Below, piece after piece: positions 1 through 11,540 of a stretch of DNA of 64,000 bases (position 1 is its first letter; every line of letters begins with the position of its first letter). The notes under the pieces are model-generated. The model was not told the origin of the DNA and searched no databases. It was given only the letters and a program-made list of their open reading frames with translations. The stretch comes from Octopus sinensis. Taxonomy: Eukaryota. Position numbers and translations under genes: made by a program. The stretch spans positions 70,804,001 through 70,868,000 of the forward strand of contig NC_043006.1 of NCBI RefSeq assembly GCF_006345805.1. Reading direction: 5' to 3'.

Positions 1-98
1 AGTAGAGTAATATATCATTTATTAAAGCCTCCAAAATCTTCAAACTGTTACTCAGAGTTTCACATTACCATTCATTGGACAGTTGGGATAATACTAAA

Positions 99-100
<2 letters not shown>

Positions 101-174
<74 letters not shown>
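101..174. repeat. (TA)n microsatellite
   Basis: Near-pure TA dinucleotide run. Confidence 0.95.
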
Positions 175-175
<1 letters not shown>

Positions 176-177
<2 letters not shown>

Positions 178-530
178 TACCTGTGCTGGTGGCACATAAT
201 AAGCACCATTCAAATGTGGGTCGATGCCAGTGCCACATGACTGGCTCCCTGTGCTGGTGACACATAAAAAGCACCATCCGAACATGGTCAGTGCCTGTCT
301 TCCCCTGACTCGATCATGTGCCAGTAACACATAAAAAACACCATCCTAATTCGGTTGATACCAGTGCCGCTTGACTGACTCCCATGCTGGTGGCATGTAA
401 AAAGCACCCAGCTGTAGAAACCTTGCCAGATCAGACTGGTGCTTGGCGTGGCCTACTAGCTTGCCAGTCCCCAGTCAAACCATCCAACCCATACCAGCAT
501 GGAAACCGAATGTTAAATGATGATGATGAT
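176..530 (+). mobile_element. SINE-type element with internal 66-68 bp tandem units and (GAT)n tail
   Basis: GCACC motif recurs at 203, 271, 338, 404; shared tail CAGCTGTAGAAAC...CCAACCCATGCCAGCATGGAAA...TTAAATGATGAT also seen at about 2270-2475, 12280-12500, 17030-17215 and 23788-24238. Confidence 0.8.
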
Positions 531-799
531 ATATAATATCATTTTCACAACCTAGCATGGATTAGACAGATATGTGACTGATACATTGTTTTACAGCCAG
601 ATGTCTTTCCTGCCACTAATCCTTATTTATTTTGACAAGTAAAGAATATATTATTCCACATGACTGCAAAGGCTCAAAGCTAGTGGATGATCCACTGACA
701 TAGGAAAGAACAAGAACAGCACCACGTGTGGCTGAGCCATTTTTGGAGAAGCACAAATGTACATGCACACAAACTCACTCTCCCAAATGCACACATAAC

Positions 800-833
<34 letters not shown>

Positions 834-1001
834 CAATATGTTTATACAGTTTGATTTAAATTACATGACAAAGAACCAGTATTTAGAACTGCATGTGCAT
901 TCTTAGACATCCAAAGAGAACTTGTATTACTGTTCAAGTTTTCTTTGAATGCTTTCTATAGTTTGAAGATCACAGAGTACATATAGAAAAAAAACTAAAC
1001 A

Positions 1002-1362
1002 GTTTTGTCCATAAATTATTTAGCAACATCATCTGTCACAAGTTTCATTAATAGTGAAAAGATCTATGATATAAAGAAAGCCTTATAAGCAAATTATATC
1101 AAATCTTCAGAGATTGCATAACTGTAGTAAGTTTTATTGTTTGTAGTTGACTCCAGACAGTTTTGATAGCAATGACATAATGACTGTAGTTATGGTTATT
1201 GATTTCATAACACTGTCTAGAGTCCAACATAAATATTAAAAATTACTCATGGGAGTTACAGTCTCTGAAGATTTGATAATATAATCTGCTTATGTAATGG
1301 ATATTTTCTTTATTATTAATGAAATACTTGGAAGATGATCTAAATAATTTATGAACAAAGAA
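1002..1362. mobile_element. Long foldback (palindromic) MITE-like element
   Basis: Arms match in inverted orientation along their length, e.g. CATAAATTATTTAG/CTAAATAATTTATG and TATCAAATCTTCAGAGA/TCTCTGAAGATTTGATA. Confidence 0.7.
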
Positions 1363-1908
1363 CAAACTCTCCTATACACACACAAACGCATACATACACA
1401 CACATACATACACACAACAGACTTCTTTCAATTATTCACAATGGAACCAAACCCAAAACCATGTGGTTGGGAAGTGAACTTCTTAACTACAGCCATGCTG
1501 GGGTGGGGTGTCCTCTAACCAGAGACATGGTCCAAATGAATGCAACAGAGTAGACTTTCCTAAAGACCTTGAAGGTGCAGGATGGTGCTGGCAGTGCTGC
1601 TTCTGGTGGAGTTAAACCAACTGAGGGATTAAGTCTACAACTCAGAGAGGACAAAGAACCAGGTTTAATACCACAAAGTTGACATTCTTTCAGGTCACCC
1701 AACTCCAGTGCCTTTGGTTGGGTTGAATTGGTATTTTCTTTATCAATCTCAAAAGATGAAAGGCAAAGTTGATGTCAGCAAAATTTGCATGTTACACTTC
1801 CCTGTAGCTTGAGGGTCTGGCTCAACACATCTTCTGCACCATCGTCTTACTTTCTCTCCTCTCTCTTTTTTCCAACTGGGGTGGTCATATATCTCCTTTT
1901 ACTGCAAG

Positions 1909-2153
1909 CAGGGTTGTGGAGTCAAAACAAAAAAAACTTTGACTCTGACTCATCTTTATGTAATTCATTGATTCTGGTCTACATATCTCATAAAATATAT
2001 GCATATGCTTGTACTTTGAGTAGGCCTATATGTTATAACTGGTTTATATTAAGGAATAAGGGCATTATGAGTCGGAGTCAGAGTCGATATAGTTTTACTG
2101 ACTCTGACTCCAGCTACCTGTTAATAGTTTCCAACTCCGACTCCACAGCCATG
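1909..2153. mobile_element. hAT-type MITE
   Basis: TIRs CAGGGTTGTGGAGTC / GACTCCACAGCCATG; perfect 8-bp TSD ACTGCAAG at 1901-1908 and 2154-2161; subterminal GAGTC/GACTC repeats. Confidence 0.9.
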
Positions 2154-2714
2154 ACTGCAAGACACCTTCTTCTGTCCTTCTGTTCAAACTCCAACCCCCT
2201 CATCACTTGGCACAATACTACTCCCCTCAGTTGAGTGGGGTCCTGTCTTTCAAGTTACTTGGTGACCTCGATGATGCTGGTGTCACATGAAAAGTGCCCA
2301 GAACACTCTGTAAAGTGGTTGACATTAGGAAGGGCATCCAATCATAAAGAAAACCACATCAAATCAGACAATAAATCTTGATGCAGTCCTCTGGCTCACC
2401 AGCTCCTGTCAAACTATCCAACCCATGACAAGCAACCATTAGATGATGACTACAATGATGATGATGATGATGATGATGTGTTTCTCTCTTGATATTGTTT
2501 GCATGTGTATGCAAATGGTGTCATTGCTTACAGTTTGTCTTAAAAACATGTCCAGCTGTTCATTGTTTGAGGGACTTTGGGGTAATATTACATTTCTTGA
2601 AAAGCGATGAAGTTTGGCAACCAAAAGAGCATCCAGCTGCAGAAAATTAGGAAATGTCCTTCAATAAAATTTTATTTGGTCAATGCAAGCATGGAAATGT
2701 GGACATTGCAATGC

Positions 2715-3330
2715 TGGTGCAATGTGTGGTTGAGCTTACTTACCAACTATTTGGTCTCAGGTTCAGTCCCACTTCATAGTACCTTTCACAAATGTCTTCT
2801 ATTATAGCTTCAGGCTGAACATGAACAAAACCTCATGGGTGGATTTAGTTGATGAAAACTGAAAGAAGCTCATCATGTATGTGTGTGTGTTACTCTTGTT
2901 TTGACATCACATGATGGTTTTACCCCGTATATATCCCTGGTTGCGTTTTCGCAATGCAAAACCTGCCCCTACTTGTTTGAACATAAACTCGACGGGAAGC
3001 ATACAAAATGTTTCGTAGGTAGTCGACACTCATAGCTAACAGTTGCGTACTGTCCTTGTCTTCCAGATTATGAAAGCTTACCATAATGTTTAATCTAAAA
3101 ACAGTAGAATGTTAAGACTTAATTTTTATCATGGGCTTATATGGGTTAAGTGAACATCACTGTCATACTGGTGTTGTTGTTTGTTTCCTGTCTTCTGAGG
3201 AAAAACATATCTGGCCATGGGGAAATATTACCTTACTTGGAAGCAGATGAGAATGGGCAACAGAAAGGCCATATCGTATGTTGCAAGTGGAATTTTGTGA
3301 AGATCGTATATATGTGTTTGGGTCTGTTTG
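2715..3330 (+). mobile_element. Degenerate CORE-type tRNA-SINE interrupted by a MITE
   Basis: Head with GGTTCAGTCCC B-box; tail continues after the insertion (CACTGTCATAC...CTGGCCATGGGGAAATATTACCTTACTTGGAA). Confidence 0.65.
2923..3145. mobile_element. piggyBac-type MITE
   Basis: Ends TTTA-CCCCGTATATATCCC and GGGCTTATATGGG-TTAA are imperfect TIRs at a TTAA-like site. Confidence 0.5.
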
Positions 3331-3659
3331 TGTATATATGTATATATATATGTGTATATATATATGTGTGTGTTTGTGTGTATATATATATATATATATA
3401 TACATACATATATATATATATCATCATTGTCATCGTTTAACGTCCGTTTTCCATGCTAGCATGGGTTGGACGGTTCGATATATATATATACACACACACA
3501 CGCATATATAAACTGCAGCACCTACAGAAATCCCTTTACATCCCAAATTAAACTTAGCTATTCAACAGAGATCAATAAAATAATCAATTGAAACAAGTAT
3601 TGCAAATTTTTAGGGCTTAACATTTGGAAAAAAAGGTCTTATAAGGGATTATAATACTA

Positions 3660-3740
3660 TCCACGTATAAGAAACTCCCCATATTTTTTTAACCTAATTT
3701 TTGACAAAAAAGGGTTCGTTATATATGTTGAAATACGGTG
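3660..3740. mobile_element. Tc1/pogo-type MITE terminal fragment
   Basis: CGTATAAG...GTTATATATGTTGAAATACGGTG resembles pogo-type MITE ends; only one end visible. Confidence 0.35.
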
Positions 3741-4339
3741 CATACAGATACCCCACTCTGTATCCCTGGAGATATTTCTACCCATATTAACAATAAAGTT
3801 TTCGTCAGTCCTTAAATCATATGTTCCACCCCCATCCCACCCTCACCATTCTTACCATGGAAACTCTTCATACCACCTTCCTTTCATATACTTCCTTCTT
3901 TCTTTCTCTCTCTCTCTTTTCCCCCTCTCCCTCTCTCACTCTTATTCATTCATCTCTTTACATCTACTTTCACTCACTCTTCCCCCTCTTTCTTTCTCTG
4001 TCTCCATTCCTCTGTATCTCACTCTCTCTCTTTTTCCCCTCTCTCCTTACTCTCCACTATCTGTTCATACCCCCACCCCCACCTGCATCCATCCCATTTA
4101 TTCCACTCAAGCCTCATTAATTTCCGTCAGCTTTCACGTACCACCTTCCCACCCCTTCCACCCTGCTCAGCTCCCTTCATGTTTTCTATATTATCCTGAC
4201 AGTTCTGTTATCTTGAGCAAGTATGTCACCTTTACCACCACCACTGATATGACTACTACCACTACTGCTGATGCTGCTGCGACAACAGCAGCAGAGGCTG
4301 CAGTTGGACTGCTTACCATTCTCTCTCTCTCTCTATCTT

Positions 4340-4375
<36 letters not shown>

Positions 4376-5728
4376 AATAATGTCACATGACCTCTTGCTG
4401 AAACTAGGGGAAAAATCTACTCCTACTACTACCACATATTCTCTCTCTCTATCTATCTATCTATCTCCACCACCACTACCACCACCTTTCCCATCTTCCT
4501 TACAACTTGTGTCCCCCCCAACTATTCCCCACCATTGCTTTTTTTTAACCCACCACCACTCTCCCATTCCCTCTGCCCTCACTAAATTTTTAAAATGGGT
4601 GGCCAGGCGAAGAATGGAGGGGGGAGTAGGGATACCAGTTATAACATGGGGGCCACCACCATAATCATAACACTGGGTTGCCACAACCTGAATCGGGTTT
4701 ATTTCTGCTGTAACAGAGGGCTACCATAATTGTAGTAGTACAGAGTTACTACAGATGTTAATTCATGGCTACCAGCCCTATAATACAGGGGCTTCCTCTG
4801 CTACTGAAGCAGGACTGCCCACAAGATGTTATTAAAGGTTCCCCTACATTCTACTTCACCTTGTAACTCAGGAAGAAGAAGTAGTGATGAGTCTCTCTCT
4901 TTCTGTTTCTGTCTCTCTCTCACTTCCCACCCTTATTTCATATTCTCACCCCATTTTTCCACCTCTAATACTTCTCTTTCTTTCCTTCTCACTACTCCTC
5001 TCTTTTTAAGTTCTATACATTTTCTCTATCTCTCCTTCCCTGCTATCCTCTTACTCTCATTTCTACCCTTTCTATCTCTATTCCTTTATCTTGGCTTTCT
5101 CTCTTTCTGTCTGTCTATCTATCACTTCCTCGCTTTCAACTCCCCTCTCTCCATATTATTTCGAGACCTCCCTTCTCTCTCTCTCTCCCTCTCCCTCTCT
5201 CTCCTTCCTATCTCTCCTTTCCCCCCTACTCACACATATTTCCACTTCTGCCCACAAATACAGCATTAACCCTGTCTCACTCACACTCTCTTTTGTCATA
5301 CTCATATACCCACAGCACTCACTCAATCTCTCTTTCTCCCTTACACAAACACACACTATCTCTTCCTCCTCTCTCTCTCTCTCTCTCACATACACATTCT
5401 CTGTCTCACCTGACTACATCATCACCCTCTCTCTTCTCTCTCTTTTTACACATGTAACTCCACTACCTGTCATCTACAACACCTCTCTCTCTATCTATCT
5501 CACCCCTCCTCCTTCTTCACTGTCTCTCAGCTCCCTCTCTCTTTCTCTCTCCATTAATACTTTCTCTGCAAGCATCCACAGATTATCCTACAACTACTAC
5601 CATCACCACCACCACCCACGACCACCACCTCCAACACCACCTTACTGTTAGGGTCTCTTCCTTCTCCTCCCTCCTCATTCCCTAGTCTGTTCACTATACT
5701 CCTGAATCTCATTGCAACTACTATAATG

Positions 5729-5825
5729 TAGCAGCAGCAGTAGTAGTAGTAGTAGTAGTAGTAGTAGAAGAAGAGCAGGCAGTGATAAATCCTCCATTCA
5801 CTTATTCATTCCCTCTCATCATCCT

Positions 5826-5892
<67 letters not shown>
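5729..5892. repeat. Compound (AGC)n(AGT)n trinucleotide arrays (two blocks)
   Basis: Direct reading at 5729-5766 and 5825-5892. Confidence 0.9.
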
Positions 5893-8800
5893 AGCCAAGC
5901 CGGCCCAAGGCTGATACTACATACTACAACAGCAGCAACACCATCACCAAGGCTGGTGGTATACTTACACATACCCTAATACTATGCATACTACAACATC
6001 AGCAACAACCAACAACAGCTACTACACGGCTTAAGTAATAAATGTGGAGGAACCATATTGATACTTCAGTGTAACAATACACACACACACACACACACAC
6101 ACACGCATGCATACATACATACACATGCGTGCACACTTGCACGCACATGCACATACACATTATGACCACTGCAGCCTCTTGCATCCATTGTTAGATCGGA
6201 GTTGACTGTCATTCTTATCATCCTTATCATCACCGGCACCGCCATCACCATCGCCCATCTCTGCTAGCATCGCCGCCACCATCATCTTCGGCAACCATCG
6301 CCATCACCGTTTCTGCCGCTACTGCTGTTGCTGCTGCTGCTGCTGCTACAGTTGTTCTATCATCCAACTTTCCTCCGCCTCCCACCAGGGCCACCACCAA
6401 CCTTTCACACTGTTTGTATGTGTGTTCTCTCTTTGTATGTCTGTATGTCTGTGTATGTGTGTGCATTTACACGTTCAACTGCTGCTGCTGCAACTGGCAA
6501 TAAGGAAACCAGTGCATGAGCAGCAGCGGCAACAGAAAGAGAGAGAGAGATTGCAAGAGAGGGAGGGAGAGAGAAAGAGGAAGAGGAAGAGAGAGAGAGA
6601 GGATTGAAACTGCACTGTCACACACACACCATAAGAACTGGTGGTCAAGCTCTTTGCTGCTGCGTTTTCTCAACACATTAGGTGGGGGTAACACACCCCG
6701 CACACCAAAAAAACACACACACACACATACATACATACACACATACAAAATTTAAACACGAAACAAACACTTGAAAGATTTGTAATTAAGAAAAAAAAAA
6801 CGATTATCCGACATTCACTCGCTTTTTATCCACATAACACCACACACACAGACACACACATATATATAATCCATACCACACACTCACATATATATCTCTA
6901 TATATAATATATATATATATATATCTATATGTATTTATATATAAATATATGTATGTATGTACATATGTATGCAAAGATACATATGTAGAAAGAACTACCG
7001 CCAAACTGGATGTATGATATGTGTTGTTGCTACCACCTCTACAATACTGTAGACTGCGCTGTAACAATAACCACACTACTGTTAACACTATTGATACTAC
7101 AACAACCACTCACCACTACACTACTACTGACTGTACTGTAATATCTACCGTACCTCTAATGACATTAGTACTACATATACGGTGACACCGTCAACGCTAC
7201 CTTAGCACCACTAAAACAACATCCAATACCACCATCTTGACTACTAGCTCCATTACTGCAGCCCCACTTGTGACACCCTTTGCAATGGCTTACAATGGCA
7301 TTTCTCCTGACATGTTGCCAAAAGAAGGTATGTATGGATATTGTCTTGAACAAGTTCTTTCACTCTTAGTAGCAGGCACTGTTACTGCTTCTATACACCA
7401 GCTTCTGTACAATTGTCTATCTACACACTATGTTCTTCCTCGCCTTCTCTTTCACACACACACACACACACATATTCATATACACTCACTCACATACTCT
7501 ACATACACATCATGATGAGATATACATGTATATACATATATAAATATGGCTCTATATATATATATATATTGAACATATACACCCTTTCATGCTGCCTGTC
7601 ATCTTGCTTCTCTCTCCATGTACACGTATGCATGTATGCTTGCCTGCATGCATGCATACACACGCATGTGCTGCTTAACGTGCATTAACATACATGTCGA
7701 CATACATGCATATATAATTATGCATGTGTTCATGAATATCTATGTAGAGAGAGAGAGAGAGATAGAGAGAGACATATACAGTCTACACATAATTACATGC
7801 ATTAGTACACACAAATATATATATATAAGCTGATCAACACACCATTAAGCAGGCACACACATGCACTCACATGTATTAAATACACTTGTAGATAGACTCG
7901 CATTCATATGCACAATTACACATTTACATATGGCACACAGACTCTGTTATACGCCATTCATACATGCCACATTTGGACTGGCATGCTCTTGTACATACAT
8001 ACAAGATGTAGAAATAGCCCCACACTGTTCTCTTTATATACCTCTGTCTGTCTCTCTCTCTCAATGTCTCCTCTCTTTCTCTCTCTCTCTCTCTCTTATT
8101 TATCTATCTGTCTGTCGTGGCACCACCACTGCCACCACCACTACAAGCTACTCTTCAGCCGGCTCCCTCTATCTCTTGCTACATACACACATGCGCGTGT
8201 GCACGCACACACACATCCATTACAGCTCTCACATCATGATATTGCATTATTCTTCTGTACTTGGTGAATGTGTATATATTTGTATGTATGTGTGTATGTA
8301 TGTATGTATGTATGTATGTATGTATGTATGCATATATGTATATATTTATGTGTACATGTGTGAACGTATGTGTGCGTATCTGTGCATTTCACCCTCTGTC
8401 TGTCTATTATGCTCAATCTAGCTATCCTCTCTCTGTATCTATCTGACTCTACATCCATCTATGTATTACTAACACATTACATATGAACACGTGTGTGCAC
8501 GCACACAACACACACATATTTTGTTTTAAATATATTCTCGGATTTGGAGTGTCTCATCTAGAATTCTTTGAATTTCTGGTTTGGTCTCCAAAATGTCACT
8601 AGGATATGCAAATGGTTAAGGTGACGGTAATGATGGTGGTGGTGGTGATGGTAGTAGTCACATTTATGTAGTGGTGGAGGTCCTGGGGCTTTTCTTTTCG
8701 ATTGTCATTGCAATGGTGGAAATTGTAAAAGACTTTTGGATACAATATGGCTGCCAGAATAGTTAACAGTGGCAGCAGCATCTGCTACAAGATGGTCCTG

Positions 8801-10358
8801 GATGCTCTGTATTCTAACTAGAAATTGGTTACAATGCTGGCTTGACCACTGACAAATGGTCATGTGTTCTGGCTGAGTCAGTGTGTTGGCTTTGACCAAT
8901 AACAAATTGGTGTCAGTCTATTCTATATGAAAGCTGGTCAGTCTGTTCTGCTTGACCAGGAGAGAAAGAATTAGCTTGTTTATTGTTCAGTCTATTGTTT
9001 CATCACTACCCCAACAATATTAAATAAATAGTCATGTGCTATGGTTGGTGTTTAGTCAAGCTTGGTTGTAAGCCTGACCAAGAGCAGAATGACTAAACCA
9101 GCTTTGTGTTCTCAGCAAAATGTATCCAGTAACTGTGGACATTTTATGCCTACAAGCCGGTCAGCATGTTGGCTTGATCAGTAACAAATAGTCTTGTCTA
9201 TTATGTATTCTCCAGTGAGTGTGACCAGCTGGGAAACAACATCTACAAATGGTGTGGTCAGCTACTTTCACTACAATCTATACCAGTCATGAGTAAATAG
9301 CAGCCCATGGGACTTGCTGAATGGCATACCTAACTTTATGGTTATTTATTTATTAAAATTTTTTAGCCCTGCAGCTTGCCTGGTGGTCAACCATATTTCA
9401 TGTGGCTTGTTTCTCATAAAATGATTGCCCATGCCTGATCTACACTATTGGATTTGACCATAAGCTGGTTTTGGCTTGAATAGACTTTTAGAATTTGGTT
9501 TGAGCGTGGACCATGACTGTATCCTAAATTATTCGCCCCACCCATTCTCATATATTCATGTCTGTATGTGAGTGTGTATATGTGTGCATCATTATTATTT
9601 TACACCTAACTCTCCATACTATATGTGTGTGTATGTATGTATATATGGTATAATATAAAAGAACACTAATGGGATTTAAAATTTATATAGATTTTAAACC
9701 CCATTTGTGTTCTTTCTTCATACATATGCAACACCTAGAACCAGCCCTGAGTTAGATCTGTGGTTTCAGTTGGATTTGATACTTACATATCCACAGTATC
9801 CTACCAACACTTGATACCACCATGATTGTTTTACCTCATTCTGAACCCCATGTTATTGAACCTAGCCATTTCTAGTGTCCTACAGGTTGATGTGCCTAGA
9901 TTCTATTGACCCCTATAACTGATTTTTCAGTGTCTTTGTATAAAAACGAATGAATCTGTTAAATGTAATTATTTACTTGACAGTTACTTGTATACCTTGT
10001 ATTGAGTCCACTTAAGATTATTGTTTCATTGATCTTTTGATTCAAGAGTTTTCACATGTGTGTATGTGTGTGTACCCAGCGGATGTAAAAATGGCGATGA
10101 TGATGTCATGTCAGGAATCAGTTGTTGGTACTGCTCTGAGTTTGATGTGTTATGTGCTTTCAGTGTGTGATACTCTAAGTAACAATGGAGTGAATCAATT
10201 GATTCTGAATAAATATGAACTCTACACCATGTATTGAGTGCACTCCCATTTTAACACGCGTGTTTGTACATCCATATATATGTATATGTACATATATGCA
10301 TATATCTATATAAGTGTATAAATATGTGTGTATGTATTTCTATATGTATATATATATA

Positions 10359-10400
<42 letters not shown>

Positions 10401-10519
10401 TATATATAATATATATATACACACACGTATATGTGTATATATATATATATAATATATATATATATACACACACGTATATGTACATATGTATATGCATATA
10501 TCTATGTGTATACAACTTT

Positions 10520-11228
10520 GGAGACAAACATGTCCAGATGGTTAAGAGGTTCACTTTGCAATGATGCCATCTTAGATTTGATTCTAATACATGGCCCCTT
10601 GGTCGGGCAAGTGTCTTTTACCCTAGCTTTGGATTGAACTAAGCATTGACCCAAGATTGAACTTTGGCAGATAGAAACTGCATGGAAGCCCATCAGATCG
10701 GCCTGTTCTTCTAATTCAAAGCTCCGTTCTTCTCACAAGAATGTTATAATGATTCTACCTGAGTACATGTAGGATATTCATTCTAGGGTACTTACTCAGC
10801 AACTAGGGTACTTACTCGGCGACTAGGGTACTTACTCGGCGACTAGGGTACTTACTCAGCTGCTAGGGCATTTACTCAGTGGCTAGGGTACATACTCAGT
10901 GACTATGGTACTTGCTCAGCAACTAGGAAACTTACTCAGTGACTAGGGTACTTGCTCAGCAGCTAGGTTATGTACTCATTGACTAGGGTACTTGCTCAGC
11001 AACTAGGATACTTACTCAGTGACTAGGGTATTTACTCAAAATCTAGGGTACTTACTTAGTGACTAGGGTACTCAGTCAATAACCCTTTGCTTTGACTTTA
11101 TAGTTATGTGTCAGCCATTCTGTCAGTGGATTTTGGTAAAATGAGGACTAGGGTCAACATAATTGACTAAACCCATGAAGACAGTGCCCCAGCATGGCCA
11201 CAGTCCAGAAACTGAAACTAGTCAAAGT
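10520..11228 (+). mobile_element. Degenerate CORE-type SINE containing a minisatellite expansion
   Basis: GGGCAAGTGTCTT core near 10605; family tail CCCAGCATGGCCACAGTC...ACTGAAAC at about 11185-11220. Confidence 0.65.
10781..11077 (+). repeat. 20-bp minisatellite, 14 full copies plus one partial
   Basis: Consensus GACTAGGGTACTTACTCAGY, exact 20-bp period with no indels across the full copies. Confidence 0.95.
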
Positions 11229-11501
11229 ATATCACTTTAGTGTGTATACTTAGAAAACTGTTGAATGTACCCCCTACATTCACATACACTTTCTCTTTCT
11301 CTTTCATGTGAGTGTGCTTCTGTGTATGTATGTGTGTGTATATATATATAGATAGATAGAGAGAGAGAGAGAGCGAGAGATAATGTGTAACTTAATGTTT
11401 CAAACCAGATAAAAAAGTTCCAATCAAGTTCGGTGGGTGCATGGTATAATTGACTTTCCTCTCCCCTTAAAAACTGCTGGCCCTGTGCCAAAATTTGAAA
11501 C

Positions 11502-11540
<39 letters not shown>

